Assembly (NCBI GenBank): GCA_964016885.1
Contig: OZ024743.1
Location: forward strand, 367,164,001 to 367,228,000
Direction: 5' to 3'
Source of the DNA: Eledone cirrhosa
Taxonomy: Eukaryota
DNA length: 64,000 nucleotides
Each line of letters starts with the position of its first letter. Positions within the stretch are counted from its first letter, which is position 1. Under the pieces are notes generated by a model. That model had not been told where the DNA came from. It made no database searches and saw only the letters and a list, made by a program, of their open reading frames with translations. The position numbers and the translations under genes are program-made. This document shows, in pieces, positions 53,601-64,000 of the stretch.

Positions 53601-53939
53601 ACTATATTATAGTAAATATTTTCAGAAACAATAGAATGCTGGATAAAGTACTTATGTAGTATTTGATTTCATCTTTCTATTTGTTGAGTTCCATTCATGC
53701 AGGGGAATAGGGAAGAGGATAATTTTGTTTACCATATCAAGGAGCAGGAGTCAATATAAATAAGAATAATATTATGAGATTTATTGAAACCTCTTTGAAA
53801 CTTTTGTTAAAACTTTTTCTTGAAAACCATCGAAATAACTAAGTATTAACATTTCACCAGGCTAAACATAAGCAACATTATATAACCATATAGGGGTAAA
53901 TAAAAACATCCTCTTAAATGAATTGCTTGCAAGTAGCAG

Positions 53940-54175
53940 TGTCATAAGACAGACATCCATGAAATATATTTATCTAAGTCAGAAGATGGTTGTTTACTAG
54001 ATATAGTAGTGCCAGGAGACAGATATTCATCAGATTTAACAATATCTGAAGACCTCTATCCACTAAATATAGTAATGTTAGGAGACAGGCAGCCACAAGA
54101 AATATCTCTGTCAGAAGACAGATGTTCACCAGAATGAATATATTTACCAGATATAGCCGTGTCAAAAATGTATAA
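53940..54175. repeat. Degenerate 33-bp minisatellite
   Basis: Units resembling gtcagaagacagatattcaccagatatagtagt. Confidence 0.6.
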
Positions 54176-56116
54176 GTGTCAAAACAAACATCTACCAGCT
54201 GTTGCTGTATTAGAACAACATTTACACTACACTGACTGCAAGTTTTCTTATTTAGAATCATCATATGTCCATACTATGTTGATCTGCACTTACCCTAGCA
54301 ACAATCTGATATAATCACATAACATTTTCATTTCTAGAATGCACATTAAAAAATGTAAGAACATGACACATAATGGTAGTTAGAACTCTAAAGATGTTGA
54401 AACATTTTGTCTTATCAAGTGAGAAAAGATGGTAATAACATTACTATTTCTCATTTATGTCTTTCAGTCTTCAATACTCTTTCTTGGAAAATTTAATATG
54501 GTCTCCAAGAAAAGAATTTCTTTTTTAAGATGTGTACAAAATACATTGGCAATAAATAATTGATCCTTTTACTCAATAATCAAATTTATCCTAATGTAGT
54601 GTCTTGTTTGCATTCTTTAATATTTCCAGACTAAATAAAAAAGATGGCTATTGAATTGATTGTTGAATTTTATTTCACTTTCAGTCTCCACTGCCTTCAT
54701 CTTTTGCATATTCTGCCATTACTATACATGTTTCTGCTCTACTGAACTATCAAAATATATCAAACTATAACCAAATTTCTTCCTAGTACTCAAATCCATA
54801 CATCTCAAGAATAACATTTATTTTTATTAGTAATAATACTAATAAAACATATCATTGTTACAAAAGAAAAAGGAAATAAAAGTTACTATAACAATGTACA
54901 CATGTTTTTAATAGCTACATTGACTCTACTATTATAAAATTGTATTAGCCATGACATATGATCTCGGGAGAAATCATTTGTCAAACAAGTGCAACTCAAG
55001 ATTATAAATAGAATTTGAAAGAATTATGCAAAGATTAACAGTAATAAAACTATTTCCCACCACCATCTCAGCAATTGATATTGAAATTAATATTTTTTTG
55101 CTGTTTTAGTTTAAAAAATATTTCACATAAAACTTTTCATTAAATGTATTTCATGGCTGGGCAACCTTACTAATACCAACTATTCAATCATGAAGTAAAA
55201 GACCATTATAAAATAAATGCTTGATAAAATGAATAATTTAAAGGAAGCAACAGTTGTAAAATTTACTTTTGATTCAGTGTGAATGATAAGGAGCTTAAAA
55301 GTTAAAAAATTGGTAACTATAATTTAAATTCAAAGTCAGATTCAAAAACAATACTGCTGAATTATAATGAGAAATTATTGTAAAATTCCTAATTGGTTTC
55401 AATTGCAGATTTACTCCAAATGAGAAATGTTAATTGGAAATCCAAGGATATCTAAAAACATTCTATAGTTTGATGGTTTAGATAAAATATCTGATTGACT
55501 AATGATATTCCAGTAGCTTTTAAGACAGTACTATTGATGTTTCAAATAATCCTGAATGTAACAAATCTATGGTGTTTTGATCTTAACACCATATTTTTAT
55601 CATTCTCTTTAATCATTTGTTTCACTGAACATGATAAAGTACACCACAATAATTAACCTGCAACTGAAACTAATAGATAAAAAGAATAACAGATGTTATA
55701 CAAGATATTTTAATGGAAAGTATGTTACTTTGTGTTAGAGCAGCATTACAGAACTACCACTGAAATAATGGATCATTGCCAAATATAAAGCATTAGTTTG
55801 CAAGGAAGTGATTTAGGTCTTTATATATATGCTAAGACAGTACCTGGTATAGTGGTTTTCATAACATTCACTTCTTTTGTACTAAGAACAAAGGCTCTTT
55901 GTGATGCCATCTCTTGCTAATTTCAGTGATCAAAGTTTTACAATATAAAATTATCATGTATTGTAGTTGGGGTAGTGGTAGTGTTCAAAACAGCATAGAT
56001 ATGACAATAGATTAAAAATTACCATTCACTGGATAATAATACAGGCTAGAATATACTTAAGGAAGATAACAAAGCTGGTTAAGATAGAAAATGCAAAGAT
56101 GGCATATTTATATATG

Positions 56117-56462
56117 TGAAGGCACATGGTTTAGTGGTTAGATCATTAGGCTTGCAACTGAGAGGTTGTGAGTTTGATTTTTGGACCAGGTGATGTGTTG
56201 AGCAAGACACTTTATTTCACATTTCTCCAGTTTACTCAGCTGTAGAATTGAGATGAAACGTCACTGGTGCACTGGTGCCAAGCTGTATCAGACATTGCCT
56301 TTCTTTTGGACAACATCAGTGGTGTGGAGAGGGGAGACTTATTTGTATGGGCGACTGCTGTTCTTCCACAAACAAACCTTGCCCAGGCTGGTGCCTTGGA
56401 GGGAAACTTTCTAGGTGCAAAACCATTGTCATTAGTGACCGATGGGGGCCTTAAATAAATAA

Positions 56463-56470
<8 letters not shown>
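56117..56470 (+). mobile_element. tRNA-derived SINE family A, longer copy with a (TAAA)n tail
   Basis: gaaggcacatggtttagtggttag (A box), gagtttgatt (degenerate B box) and gagcaagacactttatttcac are shared with 22697-22840. Confidence 0.75.
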
Positions 56471-56493
<23 letters not shown>

Positions 56494-56624
56494 ATGTATT
56501 AGAAAGTCAGTGATACATGCCTGTGTATTTTATACAACCATGACACACTAAAAAAAGCATCTAGAGACAAAAAGAAAGTGAGAGAGAGAGATAGATAGAT
56601 AGAGAGATAGATAGAGAGAGAGAG

Positions 56625-56666
<42 letters not shown>

Positions 56667-56708
56667 CACATATATACATGTTAATGTGTGTGTATATATA
56701 TATATATA

Positions 56709-57805
56709 TCATCATCATCACCATTTAATGTCCATTCCCAGTTAGCAATAGTTGGACATGTCACAGATCGGTCAGTAACTCCAGATGGGTCAGGAGCCCA
56801 ACATACAATCCTGCACTCTCCCAAGTGCAATTTATTGTGACATCAAGACTAGAAAAGTTGCTATGTCTTTGACACAGTTGAAGAGTCTTCCTGACCTTTT
56901 GTTTAGCAGGTTTTCTATGGCTGGATGTGCTTCCTACCACTAACCACTTCACAAAGTGTAATGGGTGATCATTTATCATGTAGATTACCAACACTAGCAA
57001 AATTATCATGTCTATGACACAGCTGAAGAATCCCCCTAACCCTTTGTTTGGTAAGTTTTCTATGGCTGGATGTCTTTCCTATCACCAACCACTTTACAGA
57101 ATGTACTGGGTGCATTTATTGTGTAAATAATCAACACTACAGAGGTTGTCATGCCCTGACACAATGAAGAGTCTTTTTGAGACTTTTAACATAGTTTCTA
57201 CGGTGGAGTGCACTCCCTATCACCAACCACCTTACAGAGTGTACTGGCTGAATTTATGAGGTGTACAGTGATGATGTGAATAGTTAGTACAGGGGTGGGA
57301 GTAGTTGTTTGTAGGTGGAGGGCATGAAAGTATGGAGGTACAGTGAATGTAAGGATAGCTAGTGAGTGTGATAGTGGTGAAACTCAAGTTTTAGACTGGT
57401 AGATGGGTCTTTGCCAGTACTGCATGTTGTTAGTCTTTGAAGTCCTTTGTACTTCAGTTGTGAGATTCATCTTGTTAAGGTAAGTCCTTACTACCTCATA
57501 CTATGTCTTCCTGGGTCTGTTTCTTCCATGAGTTCTCTCCACTGAAATTTCTCTGCATCTTTTTATACAGCAGTCATCTTCCATTCCCATCACATGCCCA
57601 TACCAATGCAGTCTTCTCTCTTGCACACTATATCCAATTCCTATTATGCCAAGTTTTTCTTTCAGCCCACTTATGCTTCATTGTTTATGCGTACTAACAT
57701 TACACATCCATCAGATCATACTCACTTCATTTCTTTCTAGCCTATGCAGGACTTCTGTAGTTAAGGCCCATGTTTCACTGCCCCGTACTATTGTTGTTCA
57801 CACAT
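56709..57805 (-). mobile_element. Old RTE-related 3' fragment with three tandem ~135-bp 3'UTR units plus an ORF C-terminus
   Basis: (CAT)n tail; tttcta.ggctggatg...ccaaccactttacag repeated at ~56910, ~57057 and ~57195; a degenerate WYGHV/GRP region at 57500-57790. Confidence 0.7.
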
Positions 57806-57992
57806 GATTGGCAATATCGGTAGACGGTCGAACACCATGCTTTACAGCATACAGTTATGGCCCTTTACGGTCTGAATTCAAATCCCGCTGAGGTTAACTT
57901 TGCCTTTCAACCTGACGGGGTTGATAAAATAAAGTACCATTAATGCACAGAGATAATTGCTGGTCTTGTGCCAAAAGTAGAAGCAATTATTA
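57806..57992 (+). mobile_element. tRNA-derived SINE, family B
   Basis: Reverse complement of 48340-48520 (ttggcaatatcggtag, ctgaattcaaatcccgctgagg, ggggttgataaaataaagtacc). Confidence 0.75.
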
Positions 57993-58959
57993 GAATCCTG
58001 GTATCACAATATGCCTACCATTGCTCCACCAATGAAAATTTCAAATTGACAGCAGTAAACTTTGTAAGATATTATTATCTAATATTTTTTGAGACCGGTG
58101 AGAAAACAAACTTTAAAAAATACTCTAAAATGTTTTTAAATGTTTTAATTATTTGCCAATAAAATTTTAAAATACTTCTTTTTATATTGTATATAAACTC
58201 ATTATAAAATGTAATATATGGATTTTATTGAATTTATTGAACTATTCAAAAATGTTTTACTGATAAGCAATTGTCAATAAAATATTAACCATTATGTATC
58301 TTATGAACAATATGTATAAACTCATTATAGAATGTATTGTATTGAATTTATTAAGTATATTCAGTAAATATATACTTTTTTCATTCAAATTCTCATGGCA
58401 CAAGTAATACACTGTAATACAGTTCAAATTTATCCTGGAACAAGAATGAATATAAATGAACACTGTCATCAGCTGAGATTATTGAAGGAAAGTATTGCTT
58501 TTCCAACAAAGATAGCCTTTAAATATTAAAAAAATTAATACTGTAATATACGAAGGTCTTTATTTCAAATACATAATTTTATAGAAAACTTGCCAAATAA
58601 AGGGTTGTGTGGACTCTTCAGTTGTGTCAAAGACATGACAACCTCCCTAATGCTAGTGCCACAATAAAATGCATGGGAACATATGTAAGCAAGATGCAGG
58701 ACACTAATCTGTTTGAACACTTGATAGAGTGCAGGAACATAAGTGAGATGCAGACCTTTAGCCTAGCTGAAAGTTCAATAGCCTCACTTGAGTATCAAAA
58801 TGCTCTGGAAATTCTTTGGTGAGGAGGTTGGTACAGCATGTATAGCACAAAATCTATATTTTATACAACCAGTAGAGAGTGTTCATAATGTCACTGTTCA
58901 CTTTATATATATATAAATACACCATGACTTTATGTATGTGTTTCATTGTTGCTATTAAC

Positions 58960-60480
58960 ATTATTATTATCATAATTTAACTTGTTTTCCCTGATAGCAA
59001 GGGCTGGATAGTACTTAGGCAGAGCTAACATGAGCCCTAATCTCTTATACATTATTGTAACCTACAAAGTGTACTGGGTGTGTTTTATCATGGCACCAGC
59101 ATTAGGGAGGTTGTCATGTTTTTGACACAACTGAAAAGTCCTTTCAACCATTTCTTTGGCAAGTTTTCTAAGGTTGGATGCCCTTCATATCACCACTTTA
59201 CAGAGTGTAGTGGATACATTTTATTGTGGAACCAACAGTAGAGAGTCTATTGTGCCATGACTGAAGAGTCCTCACAATTCTTTTTGCATAGTTTCTATGA
59301 CTGGAAGCCATTTCTAAGACCAACCTCTTTAAAGAATGTACTGTGTATGTTTTATTGTCATCATTGTGGAGGGTTATGAATTGTTCCAAGTGAGCCATGT
59401 TTTTTTTGGGGAAGAATAGAATAGGAAGAATTAAAAAGGATGATAGACATGAAGTTATGGGTAAGTGACAATAAATAGAAGGAGGAATAGGGGGTGGTGA
59501 CACATATGATCTCATGGTTATAGGTGTTGTAGAGTTTAAAGGGATGATGTGTGGTGGTAGTTGACAAGATAATGTGAGAGAGGGGTTTGGGGGAAGGAGT
59601 GAAGGAGGGAATAATATTAGATAGAGGGAAGTATAGTGAAGTTGCGAACAGTTATGAAAGCTATGACTGGTGTGTTGGGATTTAAAAAGAGTGAGAGTAA
59701 TCCAGGACGAAGTAGAGGCTACAGTGATTGTGGAACTAGTTACTAAGGAGTGATGGCAGAGGGGGATGAGTGGGTTAGGTCTTATTTTTATACTGGTAGG
59801 CAAGTCTTCTGCAATATTGCATGTTGCCAATCCTCACAGTCCTTTGTTGATTCTGTCATGAAATTCAGATTCTAAAGGTTAGACTTCACTACATCATCTC
59901 ATGTCTTCTTTGGTCTACCTTTTTCACGACTCCTATTCTCTGAAATTTCTTTGCACTTCTTTAAACATTTATCATCTTCCATACACGTCACATGCCCATA
60001 CCAATGCAATCTTCTACCTTGCACACTACATCCAATTTCTCTCAAGCCCAGTTTTATCCACAGTTCACTTATGTTGCATTGTTCATATACACCAACATTA
60101 CACATTCCCAAGAGCATACTTGCTTCATTTCTTTCTAGCTTTTACAGGTCTTCTGTAGTAAAGGCGCTCATCTCATTGTAGTTCACATGTAGGCGCCAGT
60201 TTAACATTTATTCTGAGAGAGAAGTCCTTTGTTCTTAGCAGAGGTGTTAGCTCCCTAAACTTCTTTCAGCTTATTCTTACTCTAGTTACTACACTTTCAT
60301 ATTACTCTCACCTACTGCTGATTAGGTCACCCAGGTAACAAGCTGTCAACAACTTCTAGGAAGCCACCCTGGTAACTGAGGGAATATATTTTACATGTAC
60401 TTTTAGTGCCTATTGCTCCTTTACATCAGCTGCACACAAAACCTTCCTTCTTTATTAATCTGCTTGCAATCCCACTACAA
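58960..60480 (-). mobile_element. Old RTE fragment (3'UTR repeats plus RT C-terminus)
   Basis: MCNV..LGLREIGCSVQGRRLHWYGHVTCMEDDKCLKKC..GRPKKT (59899-60117), YLGDLISS-like sequence near 60330, and 3'UTR units at 59060-59360. Confidence 0.7.
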
Positions 60481-61493
60481 AATTTCTGCTCATCTTTTTT
60501 CTACATATCAAACAATGTCATTTACCTGCCATAATAAAATGCACCCAGTATATTCTGTAAAGTGCTGGAATGTATGTAAGAAGACACAGGCCCCTGGCTC
60601 ATCTCAGAGGTTAGTAGCTCCAATTAAATATGGACTTGGTCTGTGATAACCTGTCCAATCCTTGCTAGTATGGAAAAGCAGACATTAAATGATATTAATC
60701 ATTTTCAATCTTGAAAAATTTGGCTTGATCTTCATTCAATTTCAGTCGATATAACTTGCATCTACACTTTTTATTTTAGTCACAGCAGTTTTGTAGAAAT
60801 ATGATGTGTCCTGGTAATATATACTCATATGCATGTGCACACACATGCATGCACACACATATATTAATATATTTATCCTTTGGGTTATTTTTTATTTTGC
60901 TTGTCTTCTACATAATATAAAGTTTTCAACATTAATTTATTGAACACTGTCATAAGCTCTTGCCCCAGAATGCAGTTCTTGATGCATTTTGAACATACAT
61001 ATATCTTCTTTTTGTTCTTCTTGAGTCATCCCTCCATTGAAGGTGAAGCATTTGCTTTTTCTAATGGATACTCATAGATTTATCCACTAACTGGAGCAAT
61101 TGTACCAACTTGTGCATTAATAGTCGATCATCTGTAAAGTCACTGGTGTTCATGATGCTGAAGTCATCTATTTAAACCGATAGTCGCTGCATGAACTACT
61201 GCTTACTATGAGACAAGCAGGATTTTTATTGAGGCTTACTCCTCTAGATCCAACCTCTTCTGCAAGACTGTCCCATGATAGTTGTATCAGAGGCTCCTCA
61301 CGTAGGGTGTGGCTTTCCACCACACAGATCAGTCTTTGAACTAAGAGAGGCTAGGTGCTCAGCTTGAATGAGTGTATATTGAATGAGCATTTATATATAT
61401 AATATGTAGATTCCCAAGTTGTGTTGGGGGTGGGGAGTAACCATAGTTAGAAAATGTACTCAATACATTGGTAGAGTATAGGCATCTTTATTA

Positions 61494-61602
61494 TATATAG
61501 AAATTACTTCTACAGGACTAGAACTGTTTGAGTCATATGAAATCATCTGATGATTTCATATGAATGAAACAGTTCTAGGCCTGTAGAAGTCATTTCTATA
61601 TA
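61494..61602. repeat. 109-bp near-perfect palindrome containing a hammerhead-like core (possible Penelope-like remnant)
   Basis: 54-bp arms with 4 mismatches and a 1-nt spacer. CTGATGA at 61547-61553, GAAAC at 61566-61570, and ACAG/CTGT-A stem III. Confidence 0.6.
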
Positions 61603-63339
61603 AATATATATATATTTCATTATCATCATTTCATATCAACCTTTCATGCTGGCATGGGTTATATATGTATATACATTTTTTGATACACATGTAGTTATTC
61701 AGTATTGAGAAATACATTTAATATCAACAGCTGCAGGAAACTATTTACCTAAATCAAACTTCAACAAAAAAGTTTTGGATTTTATGTTGATATCTTCCCA
61801 CCTATGAATGGATTCAACAAAAACTTATGAAGATACTAAAGTAAACACACTACTTTAAAATTTGTCTAGAATATCTAAATATGTATAAGGTTTCTAGTCT
61901 TTTTAAATCCATTTTTTCTTTAAACATTTTTTAATTAATTTTTCTAGATCTATCATGGTTGAATAGTTGTGTAAAGTTAGATGTAAATGTGATCTTAAAG
62001 CAAATGTTTTATCTTAGGAAGTTGTTTTACATGCATTACTAAAAATTAAAGTAAAGGTGGTATTTATTTGTAGATTGGTAATTTAAACAGGGAAGAACAA
62101 TCTAATCTGGTGTGTTATCCAATTTGTGTATTTGTATATGGAATAAACAAAATGAAAATGATAAATACAGTGTAAAGCTAAATTCTAACTTTGCCACAAG
62201 CAATAGTAAAATACCATTCCTACTCGTTTTTAACTGTCTAGCAGTGTAACAGGTAAAAATGTATTTTTATGACAAGTATTGAGTCTGGCAGAGAAGGGGA
62301 TTGCTCAAAGCTCAATAATGTTTTATTGGGTCATAAAATTATAATTGGTAAGGTTGATGATTTTTTTGTGGAACTCAATAAGATGGCTGTTAGTGCAATG
62401 TAGGAAATATGGAACAATATGGTATTCTAAGGGAAGTGGTACGTGCATGAAGGACATATGTGGTAATTGATGGTGTGTTTAAGAAAAATATAGCATAGGT
62501 GATAAGAAAGGAGACAGTATGCTCAAGAAATAGAGTAGAAAGTGAGAGTTTAAGAGCAGAGTTCCTTATAGTTAGAGTAGTGATAATAAGTTAAGCATTA
62601 AATATGTTTGGTTTATTGATCAGTTGAGGCTGTTATTCCCAGCAGCTTCAATAATTTAAACTTATCATGTTAGAATCAAAGGAAACTATATAATTAAAAA
62701 GGTAACTATCTAATTAGAAATTGATGTTCATTCAGAGAAATGTTATAATTAAAATAGATTAAAAAGATTTAAATAGATAACGTATTACTAATTTTCAATT
62801 TAAATATGTTCTCATTGGAAATAGTATATACTTAGTGGATAGCATTGTGATGGCTTCTTAATAATCAGTGGTTGTTTTTATTCAGTAACTATACTTGTAT
62901 AAGGACTATTGTCTCTACTAAATATTTTCAGTATGTTTTTTAAAATATAATCCACAGAATTACAATTATCCTTAGGAGTTTTTTTACCCGACTAAGAAAC
63001 AAAACCAAGACTTTTCTGTAAGCTTACACATCAAAACTTTCTCAACTAATATAAGAAAACGTGACTGTAAATCACTCTAAGAAAATCTAATCTCTCTCTA
63101 ATTCACATACACATACATACAAAACACATAGACATTCACTTGCAAACGTTATTTTTCTCTAAAAACATTTTTTGTTTGATTCCACCCTGCCCGTCTCTTC
63201 AATCTTTCTAATTTCTCTGAAACGTTAAGACCCTCTGCCTGCTATTTCAAGTGTTAAATATATTCCTTCCATATACTGTACTGATTGTGTTGTTATTTCT
63301 GTTTACCTTTTACATACATATATATATATATATACAATA

Positions 63340-63615
63340 AACACACCCAGTATACACTGTAAAGTGGTTGGTGAAAAATAGGCATCCAGTCATAAAAAGA
63401 TTGCCAAACAAGGGGTTGGGAGGTCTTTTAGTTGTGTCAAAGACATGACAACCTGTCCTGTGCACTTGGTAGAATGTGAGACTGTACATAAATAAGATGC
63501 AGATCCATGGCCTGTCTGGGAGATCAGTAGTATCGCTTCACTACAGATTTGGTTTATGTAGACACATCCAACCCTTGCTAGAAGGGAAAGCAGATGTTAA
63601 AACAATGATAATGTG
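63340..63615 (+). mobile_element. SINE/RTE-tail fragment
   Basis: cacccagtatacactgtaaagtggttgg..ggcatccag, gttgtgtcaaagacatgacaacct (shared with 58620-58645), a ccttgctagaagg hairpin remnant and a short gat tail. Confidence 0.6.
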
Positions 63616-64000
63616 ACCCTCTCTATCATGCTATCTTCCCATCTCAAGTATCTCTTGAGATCATCTAAGATTATAACTTGAGGCAGCTTAAGCACGGCTT
63701 GTTACCATCTTGTCTCCAATCTGATTTGTTCTTTAGTGTCTTGTATACTTTTCTGATACTACACATCATCTATCCACTTCTCTGGAGATGTCACTTATTC
63801 TTTGTTTCATGGCTAAAAAAATGTTAGTATATTTTATTCTTATTAATTGGAGGCAGTCACACAGATTGGCATGTACTACAGATTGCTGTATTACTGTTTA
63901 AGTCACAAGGGACTTAGTATCTCCTTCTCTTTATACACACACACATTTATATATGTGTATATATAGTGATAATTTATGTGTTATGGGACTTTGTAGGATA

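Noticed and set aside
60950-61340. Possible exon or RTE 5'UTR remnant on the minus strand
   Set aside because: The frames are short and interrupted and I could not support any homology by eye.

Overview
AT-rich, microsatellite-dense eukaryotic (animal) DNA with no confidently identifiable host gene. The repeat families and the (TA)n/(CA)n/(GAT)n load resemble a cephalopod (Octopus-like) genome; this is inference. The window is mostly old retroelement and transposon remains: RTE LINE fragments, R4/Dong-like and CRE-like RLE non-LTR relics, a BovB-type RTE piece, mariner and hAT transposase relics, two tRNA-derived SINE families, and fold-back/MITE-like hairpins. The main feature is a young, apparently intact minus-strand RTE LINE at ~29362-45658. 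It has a (GAT)7 tail and one uninterrupted ~1095-codon APE-endonuclease/RT ORF carrying a C4HC3 PHD-like finger. Its 5' end is a 12.45-kb head-to-tail array of 24 complete plus 1 partial ~503-bp monomers that differ visibly only in (GT)n length, and the whole unit sits in a (TA)n tract. A second candidate system is a composite non-autonomous element (~75-85-bp VNTR fused to an RTE 3' tail) present twice in opposite orientations.
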